63,179 bases of DNA, filler included, from Reticulomyxa filosa (GCA_000512085.1; 24 parts of 24 records of this genome joined end to end with filler, not necessarily neighbours in it); one strand, 5' to 3'. Counted from the first letter of the whole stretch, positions 38,122-51,676 are shown. Program-made: numbers and translations. Notes: generated from the letters alone by a model not told the origin.

Positions 38122-40004
38122 TTACTGCTTTGCCTTTAAAAATTCGTTAATCCTGTGTTGCAAGGCAAGGTTTGGCATCAATTTCAACTCTCCATTCTCA
38201 AAGAGAGCTGAAGCATTAGCAAGTTGACGAGCTTTGGACACAATTGATTCGCGGTCATAAGTGACTCCATTTCGAGCAATGACGGGGTCCTTCATAATAA
38301 CTTTGGACAATGGACACAAATATTCGTTTGGGACATTTTGCACATTTACAACTTGATTGGATTTATTGTCAATCGGAAATTCATCACAAATCTTCAAAAA
38401 CGTATTGTGGACGTAGCACGCATTATTAAACTCTTCCAAACCGAATACGTCCATCCAGTCTTTTTTTGATAGCTGCAATAAAGATCTGGAGTCTATTCGG
38501 TTGATTTTTGCAATTTCAATAAAATTTTTAATTTGGCTCTTGTTACTTTCTAATACGTAACCAATGAATATCCCAATATCGAAGGAGCTCCATTTGTACC
38601 ATTTCGATTGCAAATTTTCCCAATGTCGTTCAAGAAACTGTTCATTTTTTTTTTTCAAATTGTTCATCTGCATGTTTAAATCAGAACAACGGTCCACCAA
38701 TGACTTATTGCCTTTCTTCAGTAATCCAATATTCTCCATTAAACTCTCTTTCTTTTCTTTCTCTGCAGCTGCACGTTTCGCCTCAATAAAACTGGAGTTC
38801 CACTCGTCTATCGAGTTCGTATACTCGGACAATGCTTTTTCAAGTCTGCATTTGCTATCCTCTTTTTGAGACCTCTTTTTTGTGAATAATTTTTGAGCAA
38901 TTTCATCAGTTTTTGAACATTCATCCAAGCTTTTTTCCATTCTTGATACATGTCCCTTTTTCATTTTTTTTAAAAAAACTATACGTTGGTTTTAATAGAA
39001 AAACAGATGTATATGCAAATAGCGAAAACGAAAAACGAAAGAGGATAGATCTTATATTTTTGTAAATAAAGTTTTTTAAAAGAAAAAGTTAAAAGTTTGA
39101 AATCGCCAACATCAATTGTATTTCCCAAAGGAAATACATCGGCCATAATTGTTACAATATCTTCCATGTAGCTTAAGAGTTTTTCATTGGCGAGATGAGC
39201 TTTTCCATCGCATCCCCACAACTCCAAACCTGTGCATTTGGATTGTGCCCAATCCATCACGGGCTTTCTTGTCAACTGTACCAAGCTATTATCAAGTTCT
39301 TTCATTCGTTGTCGAATATCATCCCACTCTTTCGGAGGCTCTACTTTTATATCAATCCGTTGTTCAATTTCTTTTTCTTCCAGCTCTCTTGTAATCACAT
39401 ATGGTCTTGAAAGCTTCAAATTTTCAATACTTTCTTTCAGTCTCCAAATATCTTGTCCCTGTTCTTGCACAATTTGCATCAACTCGTGCTTTCGAAACAA
39501 TCGGTCTACGGATATAGTCCAGTGATGTTTTTGTATTTCTTTGCATGAGCCAGCGCCTCCAATAACATGCATCTGCATCTTGCTCGGATTTAGCAATACA
39601 AAAGCGGAGTCAATTTCGATGGATAACGGCGTGCTCTTGCAGACACTCCATGTTTTGCTTGCAATGGAATACTTCCACACACTCTTTATTTTCCCTTTTG
39701 AGCGGTTGTCATACCCTCCAAACAAAAATACGTATCCATAGCAACAGAGGGATGCATACGAATTCACATCTCGTAGTTCTGGACATATTTGCAAATGTTC
39801 GTACGTAAATGTGAACTGACTTTCATCGAAACTGATCAATAATCCGATATTGCGATGAAACAACAAGAAATGATTGACCACCGTTTTTGTACTATTCATG
39901 GCCAGGGGGACAAAGCAGTGGCGTAAAACCTCAAGATTGTTTTCTTTATTTGGGATAGTCGTGTTTTTGTTAATCCCTACCAAAGGCTTCATTGTTTTCA
40001 GATC
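38122..40004 (-). CDS. Kelch-like / coiled-coil / SAM / U-box E3 ubiquitin ligase
   Basis: Kelch FLFGG..WKY..TW and VIGG, a coiled coil, SAM-like KWSSFDIGIFI..NRIDSRSLLQLSKKDW..FGL, and U-box VPNEYLCPLSKVIMKDPV..GVTYDRESI..PNLAL. Confidence 0.88.
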
Positions 40005-40299
40005 NNNNNNNNNNNNNNNNNNNNNNNNNNNNNNNNNNNNNNNNNNNNTTAATTAATTAANNNNNNNNNNNNNNNNNNNNNNNNNNNNNNNNNNNNNNNN
40101 NNNNGGAGACAAAGAATATCGCACATGATTTGAATTTGTGTTATGGTTTACGCAAAGGTTCCATTCGTATTTGGGGATAATTTTATGTTTTATGAAATAA
40201 GAAATGAAAATATTTTTTTTGTTTGAAAAGTTTGATAAAAAAAATAATGTGATATTAAACTTGTTTGATTTGATTGAATGCAAGCATTGAAGGATGTGT

Positions 40300-41120
40300 T
40301 TTATTTTGCTTTGGTTGTTTCAAAAAATTGAAATAGTTGCATTTAATTTTTTTTAAAGAATTGCAAAATATTTTAAGTATTGCGTTTTCTTCAGTACTAA
40401 TTTTTTGAAATTGTTTTTTTTTGATGTCTATTTGATATTGTTTTTTGTATAGTTTCGAACATTTAAAACATGATAAAATAAAAAGGACAACAGTGTGCAT
40501 TATCAAAAACAACATTTTCTCTTGAAGCAGGATATGAATGATCGATAACTCAAAAGAATGCAATCAGGTAAAAAGATTCTTTTAATCTCATGAATAGTTC
40601 ATCTTAAGATAGCTGTGACTGTATGCAAAGCGAATATATCCTTAATGATATTGTATTCTATATCCATTTACATTACTCTAAAAACAAAGATGTTGAAAAA
40701 GTATTATTTTAGGAATCCGTTTATACGTTTTTGGCAACATGATATTTTTAATGAAGGAAAAAAAGATAATCAAAAAGCTTTATTCACATATTTTCATCAC
40801 AAACATAAATTGGGCCTTTGATTGAATTACCATTTTTTGATTTATTTTCATCATTTGTTTTACTTGTCCATTATCTGATTTTGATACAAAGTCAAATCAG
40901 AATAAAAGTTGAACTGGAATATACTATTAAATTATTCAAAAATATTTTTTTTAACAAACTAATTGAAGAAATTGTTTTGATCAAGATATTTCTTCTTTCA
41001 TTACATCATCACATAATTTTATCAATGCTTTCATTTCTGTTTTGTATTTTCCTGATTCTGGTCACTTTGCATAATTCCTACAGCTTTAACATGTTCGTTG
41101 CATTACATCTTCAATCTAAT
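40300..41120 (-). pseudogene. Heavily decayed member of an expanded family
   Basis: Short coding-like pieces (e.g. EMKALIKLCDDVMKEE) among many stops and indels. Confidence 0.3.
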
Positions 41121-41568
41121 TCAAAAAAAAAAAAATAATAAAAAATATAATTTTATTTAAACTTTGAAATAGCTACCTGAACATAGTTTGCTTCGTTTTA
41201 AAGAACTGATGTTTTATGCTTAAAAACAGAGATATATATGTTTAAGAAAAGACAAAATAAAAATGATAATTAATCAATCACATAAGGGAAATAACAAATA
41301 ATACTTTTATTGTTATCTTGCATAAAAACTTAAAAAATAATTTTAGTCACATTACCAAATTTGAATCATACCGTTATAAGAAATTGACTTCTATCTGATA
41401 AAATATCTATACACGACACTATGCCGTTAACTTCTATTTTTTATTTTTGATTACCTAATTACCTAATTNNNNNNNNNNNNNNNNNNNNNNNNNNNNNNNN
41501 NNNNNNNNNNNNTTAATTAATTAANNNNNNNNNNNNNNNNNNNNNNNNNNNNNNNNNNNNNNNNNNNN

Positions 41569-42734
41569 TTTTGACAGATTTGGATCCAAGTGTGATCGAT
41601 GATGTAAGACAAGGCAGTTTGAGAGACTTGTTTCGATCCCAAAATTTTGTAAAAGGAAACGGAGATTCATCCAATATCTATGTGCGTGGACATTACACAT
41701 TGGGTAGGGAAATTTTAGACACTGGAATGGATGTGATCAGAAAACTGACGGAGAGCTGCGAAAATATGGCAGGTTTTATGATGACACATAGCATGAGTGG
41801 AGGAACAGGTTCTGGATTGGGCGCATTGATATTGAGCAGATTGAGTGTACTTAATTCTAAAAAAATAAAAATGGGCATTGAGATATATCCATCTCCCAAT
41901 TTTTCCACGTGTGTTGTGGAAGATTACAATGCATTGTTGGCAAGTCAGTGCTTGATATCTGATACAGACATAAATTTGTTATTCGACAATGAATCAATTT
42001 ATCGTATTTGTCAAAGATATTTGAATATTGATAGACCGGACACAAGCAATGTAAATTATTTGATTGCAAAAATTTTGTCATCTGCTACTGCCTCAATGCG
42101 ATTCAATGGAGAATTGAATACAGACTTGCATGAATTGGTAATAAATTTGGTCCCTTTTCCTTGTATGCATTTCATGACAAGTGGAATGGGTCCAATTTTA
42201 CCTGCATTTCAACTTTCAAATACTGTTCAAAGTGTCGCGGCCATAACCAAGGAGTGCTTTCAGCCCTCCAATTGGTTTGTCTCGTTTACTGATTTTGATC
42301 TGCTCGAGGATAGATATATGGCCATTTCTTTGATGTATCGTGGAGATGTTCAAGCGAAGGAAGCCAATTTGGCCATTCAGTCATTAAAGGCTAATCAAAC
42401 GGTATTATTGGTCGAATGGTGTCCTACGGGATTCAAAATTGGATTAAATAATATACCTGCAGCTACTTTACCATTGGATGGAATGGCTCCATGTTCTAAA
42501 AGTTGTGTCACTGTGGCAAATAATGCTGGCATTGCGAGGATATTTCAACGCATTTGCAAAAAATATGATTTGATGTATTCTCAACGTGCGTTTGTGCATT
42601 GGTACGTTGGAGAAGGGTTATCTGAGGGATTCTTTGAAGAGGCCCGCAGTTGTTTGGACGCATTGGAAAAAGACTATCTTGAACTTTCGAGTGAACAACT
42701 CAGCAGCGATGAGTATGATGAAACGGACTATTAA
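41569..42734 (+). CDS. TUBA: Highly divergent alpha-tubulin (retarian alpha2-like), 5' truncated
   Basis: RGHYTLG, GGTGSG, TASMRF..NLVPFP, EWCPTGFKIG, DLMYSQRAFVHWYVGEG..EEAR..LEKDY, and an acidic tail ending in Tyr. Confidence 0.93.
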
Positions 42735-43495
42735 CTGCTTTCTTCATCATTTCTTCAATTTTTTTGTTTCTTTTCTTAGCTTTCTGTCAATAAAAGACGC
42801 TTTTAATCATGTTAAAATATAAACTAGTGTAAAAATGATACAATATAAATTGACTCAATGATCTGTAGAGCCAATATCAAAGACCTAATCTTAGGGATGC
42901 CTCCAAAATTATGATACAGTCAAAAACACTTGCACGATTTACTTAAAAATGTCATGACTATTTTTTTTGGTTACTTGTTAAATATTTTTAAACTTCTATT
43001 TCTTAAAGCTATTGGCCACATTGTGATGATAGTGTTAATATTTATTAGTGTTGTTATTTTCAAGAAACACTCGAAAGTTCCTCAAATGCAATTTTATGCA
43101 ATTAATTTTTAAGAGAAAAAAAAGGGTTTATTGTATGTTCCATTACTATCAGTAGTTTTTTATTTCTCTGACGATTAACCATTTTACGTGGTTACGAATA
43201 TATTGATTGTGGAATTGTTACAAAACGCATTTAAAAGCCAAAATTAAGACATATTCACGCACCCACGAATAGATGTGAACACAAAAAAAAGCCCAAAAGA
43301 GTGCATAAAATGATGGGAGGGAATTTTAATTGGTACAACCTTCAGCGTGTTGGAGTACAAAAAAAAGAAAAATAATTTTGAAAAAAAAAAAAGAAATAAT
43401 AAGTAGAAGCTACATAATATACATGTGGGGATACCATTTTAAAAAAAGCTCTCCCCCTTCTTCTTCCCTTGATATATATTTGTGATCCTTTTTTG

Positions 43496-43729
43496 TTAAA
43501 GATTGGTTTCAACGTCTTCTTGAAAAGAGCCATAAATTTGGCTAAACTTGCTTTGGTCATGACCATCGGAAGCAGTATAAGTTTGATTTCTGGGCAGAGT
43601 GGGTTTTTCGTCATTCGTATCATGTGTCTTTTTTTCACCTGTTGCCAACTTGGCAAAGTACGTGTTTGGAGGCGCATTGGCGTCCTCATTGTCCGGTGTG
43701 TCAATGGTGGCATACATCCCACTCAAGTC
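43496..43729 (-). CDS. Terminal exon of unknown gene
   Basis: Hydrophilic open frame running from the contig edge to a stop. Confidence 0.35.
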   Translation of the reverse strand, partial: DLSGMYATIDTPDNEDANAPPNTYFAKLATGEKKTHDTNDEKPTLPRNQTYTASDGHDQSKFSQIYGSFQEDVETNL

Positions 43730-43903
43730 NNNNNNNNNNNNNNNNNNNNNNNNNNNNNNNNNNNNNNNNNNNNTTAATTAATTAANNNNNNNNNNNNNNN
43801 NNNNNNNNNNNNNNNNNNNNNNNNNNNNNAAAGTAGTTTTTTTTTTTATTGTGTGTTTATTTCTATTTTTTGGCACGTTGCAATTTTTTTTTTTTGAAAA
43901 AAG

Positions 43904-45506
43904 ATAGTGATGAAAACAAACATGCAGAAGAAATGGAAAATGGAAACGACGTTGATGACAACAATGAACACAGACAAACGCAGACAAATCTCTCAACTTC
44001 GTCAACGCCGACAAGTATTAACAAAAGTCCATTTCATCCAAATAACTTTGTCAAAACCACTTTTGCGCCAGGGACAAACAATTTAAGCACTGCTGCCACC
44101 GTGGATGAGTTGGATACGTTACCGGACATGCAGGAGCTGCATAATTACGACAAACATAAAGAGCTTGGCACCGGTACTGATGCCCATGTATATGAGGTTA
44201 TTGACAAACGAGACAAGTCACATGTCGCTATGAAACTTACCAAGCGAAAATCGGGTTCAAAAAAAAAAAAAGGCTACGATAGCGTCATATTTTGTCTCTC
44301 TGCTTACTTGACCATAATAACATAGAACAACAAATCGGCAAAAAAAAAAAAAAGGTCGTTATCGAACGGAGATTAACTTATTGTATGCACTTCGCACGTG
44401 TCCGTACGTAGTAAAATTATTACGCGTGCTGGAAAATCAGTCGGTATATGTATTGATACTGGAGCAGGCACCAATGACGTTGGAGAACTTGTTGCATGAT
44501 CGCTGTTGTGAATTGCCAATGCAAGAAAAAGTCGGCAAGTATATAATTTTTGATGTTTTGAAAGGAGTCAAAACAATACATAATTTGGGATTTGTACACA
44601 AAGATATCAAACCTGAGAATGTTCTTATTTTTGCTGATCATTCCAAACGTAAACTGCAAGCCAAAATTGCTGATTTTGGTTTTGCAACGAGGGTTAAACC
44701 GAGTAACGATATGCTCGCTACTGTCTCCAATAAAGCACAGCCATCAATTGATTTCGATAAAGTGGATAGTGATGATTGTGATGTCAATCCATCTGGTATA
44801 GCACTTTTTTCTTTTTGCAGAAATAAAGGGAATGAAAGAGATATGTGTAATAAATATATTGGTATATGCATATATTTTTGGGAGGGAGGACAGATTCAAC
44901 ATTATCTCATTTGTTGGAACAATTGCCAAAATGGACACTGAAAGAATTCACCGAAAGAGTCTCTGACAAATGTGGCACTCCTGGATTTTGGGCGCCTGAA
45001 TTAGTTTCCAACACAGTTGAATTAAAACATGCTTTCAAAATGGATGTGTTTTCTGTTGGCGTAACATTATATCGAATGTTATGTAATGAAATGCCCTTTG
45101 GCTTATTTGAGACTTGGGAAGTCAAAGAATGTGCAGACGGGAGCAAAAAACTAAGCAAAATGAAGCCCAATTTTCAAATTGTTTCTTGGCTCAAAACAAA
45201 ACCACAGTTAACCAACAGCAAACAAGTTTTTTTTGTCGGTATACCATGAAATTGTAATGCACTCTTTCCATTGTTTACCTTTGCGACTATTACATACAAA
45301 GGGATGCTTCAAATGAAGATGGTGAAGCGAGTGCAAATGATAATGACACAAAGAAACCAAAATTTAATTACATTCGAAAAATCGCTCCACATAAACTATC
45401 TGCAGATTGTGCAGATTTGTTGCGTGGCATGTTAAGAATTAGGCCAAGTCGCCGAAGTAATATTGATCACTGCTTGAAACACTCATGGATCGTTTCTAAA
45501 GTTTAA
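43904..45506 (+). CDS. Ser/Thr protein kinase (non-RD, with inserts)
   Basis: LGTGTDAHV, VAMK, HKDIKPEN, DFG, CGTPGFWAPE, DVFSVG, DLLRGML..RR..LKHSW. Three introns. Confidence 0.93.
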
Positions 45507-46077
45507 CTAATTTACAGAGAAAAAAGCCAAAAATGCAAAGGCGTGGAGAATGTAATTGTGTTCGTTTTTTTTTCTTTTCTTTTTTCGATCCTTTTAATCT
45601 TAATGACGCTTTCCGTTCTTTCTTTTTATTTTTTTATTTTATCTTTGTTTTTCTCTGCAAGCATTTTTTCGTTTATTTGTGTTTAATATTTTTTGTTATT
45701 TTTTCCCTTTCATCTGTTCAATAAGGTGAACAATTCAATGCCGTGTTTGGTTAGAGTTCTGGATGGCATCTAAATTTTTTTGGTTGTTATGGAGCTCGTG
45801 AAATTAGCAAAAGGTTCTGCACGGTAAATGTTGAACTAAACCAGTTTTTTTACCTGTTTTGTCAATATCATTAAACTGTACTCGACAATGACTTTACTTA
45901 TAAAATTATAGTACTGAGTGATCATTTGAAAAAACCCGTAAAAGCACCCAAATTTGAAACAAAATTTTCCTTTTGCTCTTCCAATTGAAAACACCAAAAA
46001 AAAAAGCATTCGTTTCCCAAAAAGTCAACCCCAAACAATGCCGTCTGTTTTGGGAAAAAGAGAATTAACAAGAAGAA

Positions 46078-48765
46078 TCACCGCATTTTAATAATTCCAA
46101 TTGTTTTCATTTTTAACAGAAATCTGTCTCGATAACCGTTTGGTTCCAAACAAGAAATACCATTCCTATCATTGCATTTAAAATAAATTTTGAAAAATCT
46201 TTCCATTTTTTTGTTCCAGTTCCATCTTTGTAAAGTATCAATAATTCCCATGTAATAACACCCAGGCCCTTCTATTACATCTGCGGACAATGCCATTTTT
46301 GCTGTTCTATCAGCTCTTAGCCCCTTTTTTTTATGCTCTTGATTTTGATATTTGCTGATCGAATTAGCTTTTGTAGCAGAGTACGTCGTATTAAGGGATG
46401 GTGGTGCTGAAAATGTTAGTTGTCAGTTTCACATATTTTTTAGATTAGTGTCTAAAAAAAACTCACAAACCTGGAAAATTGTCATTTGCGGAATGTGACA
46501 AATTTGGAATTGTATCCACGTTTGAAATTCTATTGGAAGAAGGTACTTTTGAAATTGGTTGTGGTTCCACATAAATGTTGGCATCTTTTATGTCATCATC
46601 GTCGTCATCATCACTTCTCATAAGTTGATGCTGTGAACTTGCTTTTGGTCTTTCTCCCATATTTGCATATACCTGTTTTTGACGAACGGAGGAGTAATAA
46701 ATACCAAGTAATAGCGAATAGTCCATTATGCCGTGATTTTTAAGAAAACCAGTATCAGCTTCTAACTATCCTCACAAAAGATAGTAAATATCACAAAAAC
46801 AAAAAGAACATCTGAATTCATAAACATGACTTAGAATGGACTCCAAACTTGAGTAGCCAATCTTGTGGAACGTTTCCAGTCTAGTCGCAAGGACTTGTTT
46901 AAATCTTCGTCTTTCATAAGTTTTCCAGATCCAGTGAAATGGTGTGTGTGTCGAGAGACCCAAGATCCTTTGATGTCATACGTTTCATGAGGACCATCAG
47001 GAAGAAAGATGTTTTCCAGTACGATAAAGTAGATCTGGGTGTTATACATTTGTATCGAATACAAGCCAAAGTATTTGTTCAACAACGAATCGCGATTGTT
47101 CCGGAAATGCCCTACCAAATCTGGAAGCAATTCTAGTAGCAATTCTGCTTCTTGTTGTGTTACAGTCTTTACTACATAATCGGACGAATGAGTAAAAAAT
47201 AAGAGTGCACTTTTTTTTTATTATATCATTATTATTTCATATTTGATCTGTACCTTAAAAAATAAATAAAAAAAAGAAAAGCAACAAACTCTGATCTGCC
47301 CTCGGAAAATTTACATCGAGTTGCTTCATCAAGTAGGCCTCCATGATTGGCAATGGCCTTCAAATATTTGACGTCATCAATTTTGTAAATCTCAGTTCGC
47401 AAATATCGAAACACATGCGGCGCATAGGCGACCATCTGTACATCCGTACGATGATTGCCGTTGCATTCCATCTTCACATCCACTACATTGAAGGCATATT
47501 TGTTTCTTTTTTTCTTTTCCTCTTGCAGCTGCACTGTTTGGAATCTTGTTGTTTTTTTTTTTTTTTTTTGTAAATATGTAAGTATATACATATGTAAATA
47601 TATAAATATATCCGCATATACGACAGAGAGGGGAGTCTTGTTTTTAGAGCGAAAACGCAAAAAATACAACTATCCAAAACTCATAAGAAATGCGTTTCTG
47701 GCCACAATAGAACAATTGTACGAAAAAACGAGCAATATGTCGAATGCTCCTGCGAAGAATGCCAGCACCTTGCCATTCGTGGAGATTGCGAGGAAGATGA
47801 TCTGGTATGAAGTATGGCTCCTTACATTGGAGCATGTCATCGGTAACGTGAATTGATCTTCTGGGTCTGATTCTGTCATTGTCTGTATCTTTTTTCATGT
47901 TGAATGCTACTAACAATGTCTGTTTCGAAGGCACTGTGTTTCGCCGCTTCACTTTGAAAGGCAAAGGCTTTTGTTTGACAGTCTTTTTCGAAATACTGGC
48001 TCTGTTTTTTCGAATATCGGAGTCGTTATAATATCCTTTATTGAATTGAAGCAACGGTTCACGTGGATTGGATTTTCCTTTTGCCATTGGAAACGTATTG
48101 TCTTGTTGTTTCGGTGAGCCATTGCTTGTCAATGACACCATTTCACTGCCTTGCATTAAACCTATTTCCGATACTATTTCAGGTTCTTCCTCCACTGATT
48201 TTTTTTCGTCATCCCCATCGTCATTCTTTATGTCCTGTTCCTCGTCTTTTTCATCATTGTCATCGTTATCATCATTGTCATCATTGTCATCATTGTCATC
48301 GTTATTTTCGAATACATGATTCGTACTCACAGTCAGTTTTTCTCTCAAGCCGTCCTTGTATGTTTGATATGCCGTCATTCCCACCGATTGACTGATCCCT
48401 TGGATCACGTGCAGCACTATCTCCATTCGTAATGCGTCGGACAGATTGGATTGCACGCACTCACTGCATATTTGTGTTGGAGTCCAAAGCAACACATAGC
48501 AAAAGCACACGCTTGCAGTCACTCGAATCTTCACATTGCAATGTGAGTGTAAGCAACATTACGAAACTTTTCAACAGACCAGTAACGAATCGACCACCAT
48601 GCCATGGCGTCTTGCAGACACAATAACATTACATAAAATGTGACGAAATAGCTTGCCAGATCGTCTGGGTCGGACCTCTTGCTGTCGGCTGACTTCCAGC
48701 ACCAGTGTTCTTTCGCGCATTCGGCATCAAATTCCCATCGACATCCAACTTTAGTATTTTCTCTT
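46078..48765 (-). CDS. GPCR-PIP kinase fusion (PI4P 5-kinase domain), 5' truncated
   Basis: WCW and YVLLWTP receptor-like motifs, the linker LR-x9-GI, and PIPK motifs YAPHVFRYLR, VKT, YDIKGS, MDYSLLLGI, YYMGIIDTLQ, KKME. Confidence 0.88.
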
Positions 48766-49539
48766 GAATACACATATTTTCATGTATGCACATATACATG
48801 TACATATGTATGCGTATATTTGAACGTAGATACAAATATATTTAAAAAAAAAAAAGGAGGAACAAAAGATAAAGGTACAAGTATCAAAGTTAAANNNNNN
48901 NNNNNNNNNNNNNNNNNNNNNNNNNNNNNNNNNNNNNNTTAATTAATTAANNNNNNNNNNNNNNNNNNNNNNNNNNNNNNNNNNNNNNNNNNNNAGAGAA
49001 ATGTCTCAAATATGAAGATAGTAGATGCCTATGTTAAATAAATATTGTAATGTTTTAATTTGCATTTAAGAAAGAAAAACAAATGAATTAACATAATTGA
49101 TAATAAATTTATCGAAATCTTTGATCCATCCTAATTTAATATTTAATGTTCGAATCCAATGATGAATAATTGTTTGGATATATTCTTTTGACTGTTTCAA
49201 TTACAGGTTACAACGATAAGTAAAATAAAGAATAAAAACTTAAAGACAAGTTGGACTCAGCTTTCATTGACAAGTTTAAGTTCATTCTTGTAGCTTTTTT
49301 TAGTTTTCTCTTGAGATGATCTTTGATTAAAAAAAATGGTTGAAGTTTTGTTTAGAAAAGGAGAAACTGAACTAAGACTTACACAATAAACATTTTGAAA
49401 TAAAAGATAAATGTTGCATTTGTAATCAATAACAGTAATTTTACAATACAAAAATCTTCAAATGAGAAATATTTATCATAGAAGAGCAATATAATTTTAC
49501 TTATTTTGTGATTTTTTTTTTATTAGATCTGTGTAAGCA

Positions 49540-51030
49540 GAGATATATTATGGGCAGCAAGTTGTGCTGATGTCATATCGATATTGAAAAAAATTAAGAA
49601 AAAAGGATTAGAAGAAGATACATTAATGTCACAATTACTTGAAATACAAATTAATTTCCATAAATATTCTTAAGCAAAGGATATGTAGATTTTTGATCGC
49701 AATCAGATGGGCGTGTGAATGAATGTATAAATTATACACTAAAAAATTTAAAAATCAAAAGCGGTCATAACAAAAAAACTTCAAAATGAAAACAACTTAT
49801 GTTGTACGCATTTCATCAATGGATAGAAAGCTTTCATCACTTGCTACTAACATATTCCTATCTTCCATCATATTTTTTAATATTTTCGTGAAGTTCATTC
49901 ATTCTTTGTAATTGTTTTGGCCAAAAATACTTGCATACCTTGTTTTGTCATTTGTGGAGATTGATTGCATTCAAATTTATTATTTAAATCTTTACATTTG
50001 GAAGATCAGTATTTTGTGTTTTTCCAATTATTATTGGTTGAAATGGAGTCCAAATTATTTTAAATGAAGGCTTGTTCACTTTCACATATGCCTTCAAACA
50101 ATTCATTTTAATGAAAAAAATCCAAATGAATTGATATTAAATGATAAATTATTAACAATATTAAATGAATTGAAGATATTGTTTCATGATGATACTCATA
50201 AACAAATGGGATATCCACTTCAATTACATCAAATTTGCGCAATTTTATTGTATTGTAAATCATATAATATTCAATTCAGTTATGATCAAATACAATTTAG
50301 ACATCATAATTGGCATTGTTTAGATAGATATTTGTGTAATGCTATATACATTTTACATAAACATGAAAAGTGAAACGGAATTATATTGTGGATTGAAAAA
50401 TGTGAGATTGGAGAATATTAAAGAAATAAAGAAGGATTTCATAAGTCATGTAAGTACTTTTGATGATATTCAAGTTGTAAAAATGTATAGAAGTAATCAA
50501 GAATATATTTTACATTCCATCCTTCTATGAGAAGAGCACAAAGATATTTGGCTGTGATGTATCATTCAAACATGAACGTGAAATTTTGTTTGCAAAGTCA
50601 AAAATATATAGTTATCATAATATGCATAGAATGCAAAAGTAGAAAATAAAGATGGATATACATAAATGATATTATTGACATTGATTTTATATGATCAGCA
50701 TATCCAACAAACTATGCAAATAAGTGCAATGTAGAATCATAAAATTGATTTAAATCTTATTTGTATTGAGCTGGAGATATTAATGAAACATTTGAAATAT
50801 TGTTTGAATTTGAACAATGGAACTTTCAAGATAACAATGAATAAAATTACAAAAAAAAAATGAATGAGTTTTTAAAAAACGTTGTTATGATCACAATGCT
50901 AATTTATTATGTATATTTCTTTCTGAAAAAAACAAAAATCGAACGGCTTTTGAACGTGCAGCACTAAATATTGTAAACAATGCTTGCCATTTGTCGGAAA
51001 GGACAGAGAAAAGTGCATTAAATTTATAAA
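49540..51030 (+). pseudogene. Pseudogene of an ADP-ribosyltransferase-like expanded family
   Basis: Frameshifted HDDTHKQMGYPLQL, ELYCGL, ISHVSTFDDIQV, HPSMRRA and FKHEREILFA follow the order of the R-STS-ExE ART motifs. Confidence 0.7.
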
Positions 51031-51676
51031 TCTTCTGATATTAAATTAAAACAATTTTAATGTGTATTTGTAAAAATTTGGATATTCAAATTTTTACTCT
51101 TGAACATTAGCAAAGCAATAGTCAATTTAAAAACATATTTAAAGTTTATAAAAATTGTGTTAAATTATACTTCTTATTTCAACATCGAAGTTCTTTTTAT
51201 GTTTTCAAACATTCTTTAAAACTACAAAAAAGTTGAACAACTGTTTTCAAAGTTTTTGCTGAAAACTCTTTGAAAAAAAACCTTGTAATGTACTGTTAAA
51301 AATTCATTTCTCATAATCCCAAAAATATTTTTGAAAACCCCTTTCATTGTCCTTGAGAGAAAAAAATTCAATATCTTTCATTTTACATCAGCAAAAACAA
51401 TCTTAAGAAAAAAAACAAAATGACAACTCTTAGCAATGAGAAGCGAATTTCAACACAACTAGCATTGGTAAGCTTTAGTACAAGATTTCAGGAAATCTAT
51501 TGCCTTTTTCATATTTAACTTGTGATTCAAATAGTCTGAAGAAGAAAATATTCAAGTAATCATACAGCATTGGATTNNNNNNNNNNNNNNNNNNNNNNNN
51601 NNNNNNNNNNNNNNNNNNNNTTAATTAATTAANNNNNNNNNNNNNNNNNNNNNNNNNNNNNNNNNNNNNNNNNNNN

